Below, piece by piece: positions 38,478 to 48,612 of a stretch of DNA of 64,000 nt. The notes under the pieces are model-generated. The model saw only the letters and a list, made by a program, of their open reading frames with translations, searched no databases and was not told the DNA's origin. The stretch is from an uncultured SAR116 cluster alpha proteobacterium. Its GTDB lineage: Bacteria > Pseudomonadota > Alphaproteobacteria > Puniceispirillales > Puniceispirillaceae. Where the stretch lies: contig CACOCY010000003.1 in the NCBI GenBank assembly GCA_902625725.1, forward strand, positions 146,905-210,904, written 5' to 3'. Made by a program: the position numbers and the translations under genes. Positions within the stretch are counted from its first letter, which is position 1; each line of letters starts with the position of its first letter.

Positions 38478-41400
38478 ATGAGCAAATGGAATTTTTGGAT
38501 AGATAGAGGCGGAACATTCACTGATATTGTTGCGCAAAACCCAAGTGGAAGGCTGATAACAGATAAACTGTTAACAGAAAGTCCAAACAAATATAAAGAC
38601 GCTACCATATACTCTATACGGAAGTTAATGCAGTTAGAGAAAAGCTCTAAAATACCTGTTAGTCTTATTGGTTCCATAAAATTGGGAACAACAGTTGCAA
38701 CAAATGCACTTTTAGAGAGAAAAGGAGAAGCTGTTGGACTAATTACAAATAATGGTTATGCAGATTCTCTCGAAATAGGATTTCAGGCTAGACCTTCATT
38801 ATTTGCGCGCGAAATTAAACGGCCGGATCTTTTATACAAGAGGGTAATTGAACTTGATGTCAGGGTTGGTTCAAAAGGCAATGAAATAAGATGTCTGGAT
38901 ATTAGGGAAGCTGGCCAAAAATTAAAGCAGCTATTTGATGATGGCATTAGAAGTATTGCGGTAGTATTTATGCATAGTTACAAATATCCTGAACACGAAA
39001 AACAGGTGGGCAACTTAGCAAAACAACTCGGTTTCACGCAAATATCGCTGAGTCATGAAGTTTCCCCTCTGATAAAGTTTATTAGCAGAGGTGATACCAC
39101 AATTACCGATGCCTATTTATCTCCTTTGCTAAATAAATATGTACAACAAATAAGTAGTGCATTTGACGATAATCTGGATAAGTTAAACTTATTGTTCATG
39201 ACATCTTCTGGCGGTCTAACTTCTGCTAAATTGTTCAGAGGCAAAGACGCTATTCTATCAGGTCCCGCTGGTGGAATTGTTGGAGCTGTGAAAACTAGCT
39301 CATTATCAGGTTTCAATAAAATTATAACTTTTGATATGGGGGGCACATCAACTGACGTCGCTCACTATGCAGGAACAATTGAAAAGGATTTTGAGACGGA
39401 GATCGCAGGTGTTAAAATACGTGTTCCTATGACCAAGATACATACTGTAGCTGCTGGAGGTGGTTCAATTCTTAGTTTTGACGGCGAGCGTTTTCAGGTA
39501 GGGCCGCATTCTGCTGGGGCAAATCCAGGTCCGGCCTGTTACGATATGGGAGGCCCACTTACAGTTACCGATGCTAACCTAATTCTCGGAAGACTTCAGC
39601 CCAAATATTTTCCTAAGCTTTTTGGGCCAAAAGGGCAAAATACACTAAATACCTCTGTTGCTTTAGATACTATGAACGAAATTGCAAAAAAAGCAGATAA
39701 ATCCACATTAAATGTAGCTGAGGGCTTTATTAGGATTGCAAATGAAAATATGGCAAATGCTATAAAAAAGATATCTGTTCAAAAAGGACATGATGTTTCT
39801 GATTATGCTTTGTCCTGTTTTGGTGGCGCCGGCGGTCAACACGCATGCGCTGTTGCTGACTTACTTGGCATTAAAAAAATCATAATACACCCATTTGCAG
39901 GAGTTTTGTCTGCTTATGGAATAGGGATTGCAGAAATCACCTCTAATCACCAGCAGCAAATTGAACAACCAATAGGCGCAAAACTTGCCCTGCCACTTAA
40001 AGAAATAATTTCAGACCTAAGTGAAGCTGCAATTGCGAAACTCGTTCAACAAAACATATCAAAGACAGGAATAAACATTAGCTGCATGGGACACCTAAAA
40101 TACGAAAATAGCGATAGCACCATCGAGATTAAAGTCTCAGATTTTAAAAAAATGAAACGCTGTTTTGAAAAATCCCATAAAGAGCAATTTGGTTTCTTAA
40201 TGCCCGAAACACCTATCATTATGGATTTTGTAGAAGTTGAAGCTAAAAGTAGTCCAACTACAAAAGCAAAAGTCAAATTGAACCAATTAAAAATAAAATC
40301 TAATCCAATTGAAATCTTTGACTTATATTTTGAGGGAACATGGCACAAATCTAGTCTATATTATCGTTCTCAGATAGGCGGCGGCCAAATAATAAAGGGA
40401 CCATCGCTTATTCTTGAAAAAACGGGAACAGTTTTTGTCCAACCAAATTGGCAGGCTTTAATAGATAAAAACGGCTGTATTGTTTTATCTTGTCAACACA
40501 AAAAGAGAGAAAATTTATTAAATCAGAAATCAGCAGACCCAATCTTATTAGAGGTTTTTAATAATTTATTTATGTCAATCGCTGAACAAATGGGTGTAAG
40601 ACTGCAACAAACTGCCCGCTCTGTTAATATCAAAGAGAGATTAGATTTTTCCTGTGCCATATTTGATAATAATGGAGAATTGATTGCAAATGCACCTCAT
40701 ACCCCGGTTCATCTTGGTTCAATGGATAGGTCAGTAACATCTGTGATTCAAGCACATCCAAAGATGCATAAAGGAGATGTATTTGCAACAAATGCTCCCT
40801 ATAATGGAGGTACTCACTTACCCGATATCACAGTAATCACGCCCGTTTTCAATGGGACAGAGTCGCAACCAATATTTTTTGTGGCATCTCGAGGACATCA
40901 TGCAGATATTGGCGGAACAGCACCTGGTTCTATGACCCCACGCGCCACCCATATTGAAGACGAAGGCGTAATAATAGATAATGTTAAATTGGTAAGCGAA
41001 CATATTTTTCTACACAATGAGACTCTTGAAATTCTGACTCAGAACAAATATCCATGTCGAAATCCAGAACAAAATATAGCAGACTTAAAGGCCCAAATTG
41101 CCGCAAATGAAAAAGGTGTTTTAGAACTGAATACAATGGTTACTCAGTATAGCTACGAATTAGTTCAGTCCTATAAAGGCTTTATCCAAAATTATGCGGA
41201 AAACTGCATAAGACGCATGATTAGCACTCTAAATGACGGAAAAGCTGAAGTTTATTTTGATCAAGGTTGTAAGATTTCAGTCATAGTTAAAATTAACAGA
41301 GATACAAAAACGGCAGTTATTGACTTTTCGGGTACAAGTCCTCAGCAAGCTGATAATTTTAACGCACCAGAGCCAATTACGAGAGCAGCTGTGCTATATT

Positions 41401-42062
41401 GTATTAGGTGCATGGTAGATGAAGCCATCCCCATAAATGCGGGGTGTTTGAAACCAATTTCAATTATTTTACCAAAAAATTCTATGCTTAACCCACGATA
41501 CCCCGCAGCTGTAGTAGCAGGAAATGTTGAGGTTAGTCAGGCTATCGCTGATTGTATTTTTCTAGCCTTAAATGCAATGGCCAATGCTCAGGGCACTATG
41601 AATAATCTGAATTTTGGGAATGACACCTTTCAGTATTATGAGACAATATGTGGTGGCGCTGGTGCTGGAAACGGCTTTAATGGAGGCAATGCTGTTCACA
41701 CGCACATGACAAATACTCGGCTTACCGACCCAGAAGTCTTAGAAACGAGATATCCAGTTTTGTTAAAACTGTTTAAAATCAGAAGAGGTTCCGGTGGAAC
41801 CGGACAATGGCGTGGTGGTGACGGAATTGAACGTCAAATAACATGCATAGAAAAAATGGATGTATCTATTTTATCTAGTAGACGCATCGTCGCACCAAAA
41901 GGTCTGAATGGCGGTTCAAACGGATTAACTGGCAAGAATATGCTTCTGCGCCAAAATGGGAATTATGAAGAATTACCTGGCAGGATACAATTTGAATGCC
42001 ATCCATTTGAAACTATAGTTATTAAGACACCTTCTGGAGGTGGTTATGGAAAACCAAATTAA
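38478..42062 (+). CDS. Fused hydantoinase A/B family enzyme (5-oxoprolinase-like)
   Basis: About 1195 aa. N-terminus WNFWIDRGGTFTD (HyuA-type) and C-terminal HyuB-type half (SRGHHADIGG, GGGYG). Confidence 0.88.
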   Translation: MSKWNFWIDRGGTFTDIVAQNPSGRLITDKLLTESPNKYKDATIYSIRKLMQLEKSSKIPVSLIGSIKLGTTVATNALLERKGEAVGLITNNGYADSLEIGFQARPSLFAREIKRPDLLYKRVIELDVRVGSKGNEIRCLDIREAGQKLKQLFDDGIRSIAVVFMHSYKYPEHEKQVGNLAKQLGFTQISLSHEVSPLIKFISRGDTTITDAYLSPLLNKYVQQISSAFDDNLDKLNLLFMTSSGGLTSAKLFRGKDAILSGPAGGIVGAVKTSSLSGFNKIITFDMGGTSTDVAHYAGTIEKDFETEIAGVKIRVPMTKIHTVAAGGGSILSFDGERFQVGPHSAGANPGPACYDMGGPLTVTDANLILGRLQPKYFPKLFGPKGQNTLNTSVALDTMNEIAKKADKSTLNVAEGFIRIANENMANAIKKISVQKGHDVSDYALSCFGGAGGQHACAVADLLGIKKIIIHPFAGVLSAYGIGIAEITSNHQQQIEQPIGAKLALPLKEIISDLSEAAIAKLVQQNISKTGINISCMGHLKYENSDSTIEIKVSDFKKMKRCFEKSHKEQFGFLMPETPIIMDFVEVEAKSSPTTKAKVKLNQLKIKSNPIEIFDLYFEGTWHKSSLYYRSQIGGGQIIKGPSLILEKTGTVFVQPNWQALIDKNGCIVLSCQHKKRENLLNQKSADPILLEVFNNLFMSIAEQMGVRLQQTARSVNIKERLDFSCAIFDNNGELIANAPHTPVHLGSMDRSVTSVIQAHPKMHKGDVFATNAPYNGGTHLPDITVITPVFNGTESQPIFFVASRGHHADIGGTAPGSMTPRATHIEDEGVIIDNVKLVSEHIFLHNETLEILTQNKYPCRNPEQNIADLKAQIAANEKGVLELNTMVTQYSYELVQSYKGFIQNYAENCIRRMISTLNDGKAEVYFDQGCKISVIVKINRDTKTAVIDFSGTSPQQADNFNAPEPITRAAVLYCIRCMVDEAIPINAGCLKPISIILPKNSMLNPRYPAAVVAGNVEVSQAIADCIFLALNAMANAQGTMNNLNFGNDTFQYYETICGGAGAGNGFNGGNAVHTHMTNTRLTDPEVLETRYPVLLKLFKIRRGSGGTGQWRGGDGIERQITCIEKMDVSILSSRRIVAPKGLNGGSNGLTGKNMLLRQNGNYEELPGRIQFECHPFETIVIKTPSGGGYGKPN

Positions 42063-42120
42063 TTAATAAAAGTCTTTAAATATCTTGACCAAATAATATT
42101 GAACTTCGAAAAGAATAAAG

Positions 42121-42864
42121 TTAAAATATTAGTTTTCCTTGAATAAAAGCCTCCGCGAATTTGCTTTCTGGATTTTCAAAAAAAGCCCTGACAGGCTGAA
42201 ATGCCTCTAGCTTTCCCTTGTGAATAAAAATTATATCCTCGGCCAAACGTAGAGCCTGATTTAAATCATGTGTAATAAAAATTATTTTTGTGTTCTGTTT
42301 TCGTAATTTTATCAGTAATGATTCTATCATCTGCACCGAATAGGGATCTAGACTTGCCGTAGGTTCGTCTAATAATAGTAACTCAGGCTGTAATACTAAA
42401 GCACGGGCCAATGATAGTCGTTGTTTTTCACCGCCAGATAATTGTCTTGCTTTTAAGTGCTGTTTTTCACTAAGGCCAACTTCCTCAAGTAATTCTTTTA
42501 ATTTTCGTATTTTTCTATCTTTTAGAAGGTTTGCCACAAAAGAAAGGTTTTCTATTACAGTCCGCCTAAGTAATACTGCATTTTGAAACACCATCGCTTG
42601 TTTGCGTCTTATTGCCTCATTCGAATTTTTTCCCCTGAACAATACCTCACCTGAACTCGGTAACTCGAGACCATGCATCAATCTCATCAAAATACTTTTT
42701 CCTGCTCCATTTGGGCCTAATAAAATTGTTATGCCTTTTGACTCGATTGTGAGGGAAACCTTATCAATCAAGCAGTTTCCATATTTATTAAACGAAACTG
42801 AGCAAAACTTTATAGGCATTAGTTCACATGGGGGTCTATTTTCTGAGTAATTGGTTTTAAACAT
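42121..42864 (-). CDS. ABC transporter ATP-binding protein (TupC-like)
   Basis: GPNGAGKS, LSGGEKQRLSLARAL and LLLDEPTASLD. Start set at MFKTNY (42864), directly after the permease stop. Confidence 0.8.
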   Translation of the reverse strand: MFKTNYSENRPPCELMPIKFCSVSFNKYGNCLIDKVSLTIESKGITILLGPNGAGKSILMRLMHGLELPSSGEVLFRGKNSNEAIRRKQAMVFQNAVLLRRTVIENLSFVANLLKDRKIRKLKELLEEVGLSEKQHLKARQLSGGEKQRLSLARALVLQPELLLLDEPTASLDPYSVQMIESLLIKLRKQNTKIIFITHDLNQALRLAEDIIFIHKGKLEAFQPVRAFFENPESKFAEAFIQGKLIF

Positions 42865-42865
42865 T

Positions 42866-43564
42866 CTAATTATCCATTGCCCAATACTTTGCTCTAGTAG
42901 CAAACAAGTTCACACCAACTGCAACAGCCAATAAAATAAAACCAAGAGCAAGTGCTAAAGAGAGATTGCCTTTGGAAGTCTCAAGTGCAATCGCGGTAGT
43001 CATTACCCGAGTAAGATGATCAATGTTTCCGCCTACAATAGAAACAGCTCCCACTTCAGAAATTGCCCTTCCAAATCCTGCCAAAACAACAGTTAAAAGC
43101 GAAATTCTAGCATCCACAAGATAAGCTATTAAAGCTTTAAATGTGGGCACGTTTAGAGAATAAAACAAATCACGATACTCATTATGCAAATCCTCAATTA
43201 TTTGTGTGGACAATGCTGCAATAATAGGAATAACTAACAGCATTTGAGCGATAATCATTGCAGTTGGCGTGTAAAGCAAACTTAAAAAACCAAGCGGCCC
43301 AGTTCGCGAAAGATATAAGTACACGATTAATCCAACTACAACGGGAGGCATTCCCATCAGTGCATTTAAAACAGAAATCAATATTGAACGAAACCTAAAT
43401 CGATGGGTGGCAAGAAATGCTCCCAAAGGTAGACCTACAATTACACTTCCTAATAATGAGGCTAAACTTACTTTAATTGAAAGCAGAATAATTTCATATA
43501 GGTTAGGGTCTCCTGAAATTATCAGATAAAACGCTGTATAAAAAGATTCTGACATTAAATGCAT
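42866..43564 (-). CDS. ABC transporter permease, TupB/anion-importer-like
   Basis: 232 aa, about five TM segments, and a GFGRAISEVGAVSIVGGNI...TRVMTTAIALETSKG block that I recognise from tungstate-type (TupB) permeases. The subfamily call is tentative. Confidence 0.6.
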   Translation of the reverse strand: MHLMSESFYTAFYLIISGDPNLYEIILLSIKVSLASLLGSVIVGLPLGAFLATHRFRFRSILISVLNALMGMPPVVVGLIVYLYLSRTGPLGFLSLLYTPTAMIIAQMLLVIPIIAALSTQIIEDLHNEYRDLFYSLNVPTFKALIAYLVDARISLLTVVLAGFGRAISEVGAVSIVGGNIDHLTRVMTTAIALETSKGNLSLALALGFILLAVAVGVNLFATRAKYWAMDN

Positions 43565-43662
43565 AAAAGCTGTAAAGACGATGATTTGAAAAAAATACGT
43601 AAGGGTATCATATTGTCAATTGGCTGTCGAATTTAACACATGACAATTTGAGCGGTGAGTGT

Positions 43663-44409
43663 CTAAAAAAATAAATAGTACAAAACTCCCAAAATTATAC
43701 CTGTCAACACTAGAAATGTTCCCATTACCACGAGTGTCCGTTTAATTATTTCTGACCAGCTTAACTTTTTTACCTTAGAGGTTTGTTTATTAGTGTTTGT
43801 AACCGAAAGGGGTGGTGTTAGTCCATTTGGTTTAACATGTTCTAACGTTTCAATTCTATCTAAGACGTCGACAATCTCTTTCAACATTGCCCTCGTCTGT
43901 TTTTCCTGCTGTTCAAGTCCTGAGAGACGAGAACGCATCTCTAGCTCTACCCATTTATCTGTCAGATTGACAATACCATCAGATTCATTTTTATTTTCGG
44001 CTTGAGTATTTTCGGTCGAGTAAGAATGTTCAACGTGCGTTTGTTCATCATTTTTCTCTTCCTTAGACTGAATTTTATTATTTGGAGAATAACTATGTGT
44101 CTTATTTGACTTTAACAACTCTTCAGTCAAATACGTTTCTTTTTCTATTTCGCTAGTTACGTTACTAGAACGCTTATCTTGCTCTTTTTCGGTATTTTTC
44201 TTAGAAACCTTCTTTTTTTTGCTACTTTTTTTCCTAATGTAATTATCGTCAATTGTTTTTTCTTTTAAATCCGTTTCGTTTAAGGACTGGGGAATCGCTG
44301 ATTTTATTGGGCTTTTATCAGCGACTTGCATTGCCGCCTCCTGTAGAGGTTCAGTTAATACACGCAATCGCATTTCCTTAATTCGTTCTTTTATATTAAC
44401 TTGGGCCAT
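43663..44409 (-). CDS. Hypothetical K/E/S-rich, coiled-coil, C-terminally membrane-anchored protein
   Basis: 248-aa ORF. Its low-complexity charged centre includes KKSSKKKKVSKKNTEKEQDK. A heptad-like segment WVELEMRSRLSGLEQQEKQTRAMLKEIVDVLDRIE follows. There is a single TM at the extreme C-terminus (LVVMGTFLVLTGIILGVLYYLFF). Confidence 0.5.
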   Translation of the reverse strand: MAQVNIKERIKEMRLRVLTEPLQEAAMQVADKSPIKSAIPQSLNETDLKEKTIDDNYIRKKSSKKKKVSKKNTEKEQDKRSSNVTSEIEKETYLTEELLKSNKTHSYSPNNKIQSKEEKNDEQTHVEHSYSTENTQAENKNESDGIVNLTDKWVELEMRSRLSGLEQQEKQTRAMLKEIVDVLDRIETLEHVKPNGLTPPLSVTNTNKQTSKVKKLSWSEIIKRTLVVMGTFLVLTGIILGVLYYLFF

Positions 44410-44639
44410 ACCGTAATTCTTGCTAATTTTTGCATTCGTTTTTTGAGTCGTACTTTTAAAAAATCAATTTAATAAAATTTTCTAATTTAGCGTGATATAA
44501 GTTTCAACTTTATTCAACAAATTATTTGCAACGACATTTTAGTTACCATGTTTAATGCGTTGGAAAAGTGAAGTTTCAGAATATATAAGATTAACTGCTA
44601 TTTTTTGAATTATTTTTATTGAAATCCTCCTTTAAATGA

Positions 44640-45401
44640 TTAATCACGAAGTCGATAACCAGATTGAAAGATCCAGGCAATAATTGTTATACAGATGATT
44701 GTAAATAATCCTATTGCAAAAAGACTATAGTGAATACTAACATCCGCAGTCCCAAAAAAAGACCAACGAAGGCCAGAAATCAAATATACAACTGGATTAA
44801 ACAACGTGATCTGTTGCCATACCGGTGGTAACATTTCTATCGAATAAAAACTGCCGCCTAAAAAAACTAACGGCGTCAAAATAAGCATAGGAACCAGATT
44901 TAACTGCTCAAAATCCTTTGCCCAAATACCTAAGATAAATCCAAAGAGACTAAATGAAATACAGGTCATTGCAAGAAAACAAAGCATTATTAAAGGATAT
45001 TTAATTTGCACATCTACAAAAAGTGTTGCCGTCATTAATATAATTATCCCAATAATAAATGATTTTGTAGCAGCTGCGCCAACAAAGCCAACTATTATTT
45101 CTATATAAGAAACTGGAGCAGAAAGTACTTCATAAATTGTACCTAAAAATTTTGGAAAATAAATCGCAAAAGATGCATTTGATACACTTTGCATTAACAC
45201 TGTTAGCATAATTAGTCCAGGGACTATAAATGACCCATATTCTATATTTTCTATTTGTTCCATTCGAGAACCAATTGCAGAACCGAAGACAACAAAATAT
45301 AAGGCCGTGGAGATTACAGGAGATACAATTGACTGCAGAAGTGTTCGAAAAGTCCGGGCCATCTCGAATTTATAAATTGCTATGATTGCGAACAAATTCA
45401 T
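44640..45401 (-). CDS. ABC-2-type exporter permease
   Basis: 253 aa with six hydrophobic segments. 3-nt gap after the ATPase gene. Confidence 0.8.
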   Translation of the reverse strand: MNLFAIIAIYKFEMARTFRTLLQSIVSPVISTALYFVVFGSAIGSRMEQIENIEYGSFIVPGLIMLTVLMQSVSNASFAIYFPKFLGTIYEVLSAPVSYIEIIVGFVGAAATKSFIIGIIILMTATLFVDVQIKYPLIMLCFLAMTCISFSLFGFILGIWAKDFEQLNLVPMLILTPLVFLGGSFYSIEMLPPVWQQITLFNPVVYLISGLRWSFFGTADVSIHYSLFAIGLFTIICITIIAWIFQSGYRLRD

Positions 45402-45404
45402 TTT

Positions 45405-46325
45405 TTAATCCTTTACCAAATTTACAAATATTTCCTCTAGGGAACTTTGTGATGTCTGAAGATCACGAATTTTAAAGGAAGCTTTTTTTAGTTCTAATAA
45501 TAAGTCAATTATTCCTGTTTTTTGTGCTCGAACATCATATAGATAGTTTAGTCGCATTCCGTCATTGCTAAGTTCTAATTTATAATTTGACAAAGAGGCC
45601 GGTATTTTTGACACTGGTTTCCGCAATTCTATTGTTAGATTTTTCGAGCCCATTCGTTGCATTAGCTCATTTTTGCCCTCAACAAGAAGTAACTTTCCTT
45701 TGTTTATTACACCTATTCTGTCAGCTATTTCCTCCGCCTCTTCAATGTAATGAGTTGTGAGAATAACGGTAACTCCAGACATTCTTAATCTAGCGACAAC
45801 GTCCCACATGTCTTTTCTTAAATCCACATCCACTCCTGCAGTAGGTTCATCGAGGAATAACACTTTAGGTTTATGGCTAAGTGCTTTTGCAATCATGACT
45901 CGGCGCTTCATTCCGCCTGACAACATCATGTTCTTATGATCACGCTTATCATAAAGAGATAAATCTTTTAAAAGTTGCTCTATAAAAACAGTATCTGCGG
46001 GCTTTCCAAATAATCCCCTCGTAAAGCTAACCGCATTTTTAACTGTTTCAAACGGCTCGATTGTAATCTCTTGCGGTACTAACCCTATCAACGACCTACT
46101 GTTTCGATAGTCCTTTGCTACGTCAAAACCACCAACGATTATTTTATTTTTAGGGACTGATAACAATCCACAAACAGCAGAAATCAATGTTGTTTTTCCA
46201 GCTCCATTTGGACCAAGCAACGCTAAAATCTCTCCCTCTTCTATTTCTAGCGATAAATCATCGAGGGCTTTAAATCCATTTTCATAGGTTTTTGTGAGAT
46301 TCTTAATAGAAATGATGGGACTCAT
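45405..46325 (-). CDS. ABC transporter ATP-binding protein (ABC-2 exporter)
   Basis: [17 protein letters not shown] and [11 protein letters not shown]. Confidence 0.88.
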   Translation of the reverse strand: MSPIISIKNLTKTYENGFKALDDLSLEIEEGEILALLGPNGAGKTTLISAVCGLLSVPKNKIIVGGFDVAKDYRNSRSLIGLVPQEITIEPFETVKNAVSFTRGLFGKPADTVFIEQLLKDLSLYDKRDHKNMMLSGGMKRRVMIAKALSHKPKVLFLDEPTAGVDVDLRKDMWDVVARLRMSGVTVILTTHYIEEAEEIADRIGVINKGKLLLVEGKNELMQRMGSKNLTIELRKPVSKIPASLSNYKLELSNDGMRLNYLYDVRAQKTGIIDLLLELKKASFKIRDLQTSQSSLEEIFVNLVKD

Positions 46326-46631
46326 TGAACTACTTTCTAATTAGATAATTTCAAAAAAACTTTTTAGATAACTTTATAATATAAACACTGGCAATATTTA
46401 TGATTTAAAAGATAGTCTAAGTCGTTTGTTTTCAAAATTTGCTAAAAAATTTAACTTTTTCTTTTGTTTTTTAAACACTTTGTTTACAACTCGTAATTTT
46501 ATAAATACTTGCCTATGACAGTAATTTTGGCTGGTTAAGGATTCCTACTCATATATACTTGTTCCTTTATTTTCAATTGAAACCTTTTTAATAGCATTAA
46601 ATGAGCATCTAACTACAATTACGAGAAAAAA

Positions 46632-47396
46632 GTGTCATCTAAAATACAGAAAATTTATCAATTTGAGACAATTTGGATATCCGACATACACCTTGGAAGT
46701 AAAGGCGCAAAAGCGCTGGAGTTGTTACATTTTCTATCAATCACTAACTCAAAAAAACTTTACCTTGTTGGTGACATTATAGATTGTTGGAGACTGCGAA
46801 AAAGATGGTATTGGCCACAAGAACACAATGATGTAATGGCCAAAATTCTTGAAAAATCGCGAGCTGGCACGGAAGTTATCTACATCCCAGGAAATCATGA
46901 CGATCTTATTCGCCAATTCGTAGAACACAAATTTGGTGAGATACAAATCGTAATGGATGATGTCCACGTAACTAGAAACGGGAAAAAAATATGGGTGATG
47001 CACGGAGACTTATTCGATAGTATTATTCAGCATGTAAGATGGCTAGCCTTTATTGGAGACGGGCTGTACACTATACTTCTTGGGTTTAACGGCATATTAA
47101 ACGCCATAAGACGTTTATTCAGGCTAGAATATTGGTCACTGTCAAAGTTTTTAAAACATAAAGTTAAACAGGCTGTGTCTTTTTTATCTGCGTTTGAAAC
47201 AGGGATCATGAATGAGACAAAAAAAAGAGGATGCGACGGGGTTATCTGCGGTCATATACATAAGGCAGAAATAAAATTAATCGATGGAATGATTTACGCT
47301 AATGATGGTGACTGGGTTGAGTCAAAAACAGCCCTCATAGAGGATAAAGACGGAGATATCTCGCTTATCTCCTACGACAATTTACTTTCAAAATAA
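46632..47396 (+). CDS. LpxH-family calcineurin-like metallophosphoesterase (UDP-2,3-diacylglucosamine diphosphatase-like)
   Basis: Ordered motifs ISDIHLG, GDIID, GNHD, HGD and GHIH. GTG start per the track. Confidence 0.7.
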   Translation: MSSKIQKIYQFETIWISDIHLGSKGAKALELLHFLSITNSKKLYLVGDIIDCWRLRKRWYWPQEHNDVMAKILEKSRAGTEVIYIPGNHDDLIRQFVEHKFGEIQIVMDDVHVTRNGKKIWVMHGDLFDSIIQHVRWLAFIGDGLYTILLGFNGILNAIRRLFRLEYWSLSKFLKHKVKQAVSFLSAFETGIMNETKKRGCDGVICGHIHKAEIKLIDGMIYANDGDWVESKTALIEDKDGDISLISYDNLLSK

Positions 47397-47439
47397 AATT
47401 CTGTGATAAAACAATTGACTTTACAGGGGCTTTTAAGCC

Positions 47440-48408
47440 ATGCAGCTTATCAAGATTCAGAATGGGAATTTAACCGCTAAATTAATACCATATGGGGCAA
47501 GATTAATAGACATAAGAATAAAACCATTCAATTTTCCGCTAATATTAGGATATCCAGATATTATGGACTATTTAAAAGATTCTCATTACATGGGGGCTAT
47601 TGTTGGAAGGGTTGCAAACCGAATTAACGCTGCAAAAGCTATAATTGGAGATATTAATTATACTTTTGACAAAAACGAGCACTCCAAACAGACACTACAT
47701 GGTGGAAAACAAAGTTGTGCTTTTCAACAGTGGCGGATTAACGATGTAAGTGATGCATCCGCTACCTTCATCCTCAATGAGCCTGACGGCCATATGGGAT
47801 TCCCAGGAAATTTTCGTTTTAAAGTACGATATGAAATAAAAAAACCTATGAAATTAGAAATTAGGATGGAGGCAATTTCTGATAAGGATGGAATATGTAA
47901 TCTTGCTTCACATCCTTATTTTTGCCTAGATGATAGCGGTGATATTTCACGTCACGAATTAAAAATAAATGCGACGCACTATCTTCCTGTAAACGAGTTA
48001 TTAATCCCAACAGGTAAGATAAATAAGGTATCAAATAGTCAATTTAATTTTCTAGTACCAAAGAGTTTATCAGGGATTGTAGAGGGTAAAAAAAGTGAGA
48101 TAGACCATAATTTTTGTACAGGTGATTCAAAGACAACTCTCCGTGAGGTAGCCGTTCTTAAAAGCAAGTTATCTAACATTATAATGAGAGTACTATCTAC
48201 CGAGCCTGGTCTACAGGTATATACGGGACATCATTTAACTAATACGCCAAACGGATACAACAAAGGTTCCTATCAACCTTTCAACGGTTTATGCTTAGAG
48301 CCTCAGGGCTGGCCAGATGCTCCAAACAAGAAAAATTTTCCGTCTATTTTTTTACCTAAAAATAATCTTTATGAGCAAACGAGCTGTTTTGATTTTACAT
48401 ATTGCTAG
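47440..48408 (+). CDS. galM: Aldose 1-epimerase family protein
   Basis: 322 aa with GRVANRI, LHGG, HPYF and EPQ motifs of mutarotases. Confidence 0.8.
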   Translation: MQLIKIQNGNLTAKLIPYGARLIDIRIKPFNFPLILGYPDIMDYLKDSHYMGAIVGRVANRINAAKAIIGDINYTFDKNEHSKQTLHGGKQSCAFQQWRINDVSDASATFILNEPDGHMGFPGNFRFKVRYEIKKPMKLEIRMEAISDKDGICNLASHPYFCLDDSGDISRHELKINATHYLPVNELLIPTGKINKVSNSQFNFLVPKSLSGIVEGKKSEIDHNFCTGDSKTTLREVAVLKSKLSNIIMRVLSTEPGLQVYTGHHLTNTPNGYNKGSYQPFNGLCLEPQGWPDAPNKKNFPSIFLPKNNLYEQTSCFDFTYC

Positions 48409-48612
48409 CAATTTTAATTCGGTTTTCTAATCAATTTATAATTTAAAATTTGAAAAAAGTTTGAGATAATTTTTCTTTTCTTCAACATTTTGAAGCAAAA
48501 AGGTACTCACTTATTTGACAATTGTGCCGGAGCTATTTTTCAATAATAGAAATTCACAAGGCATCTGTGGAAGTTTTAACTTGAATTTTCATATATACAA
48601 ACAAGGAGAAAT

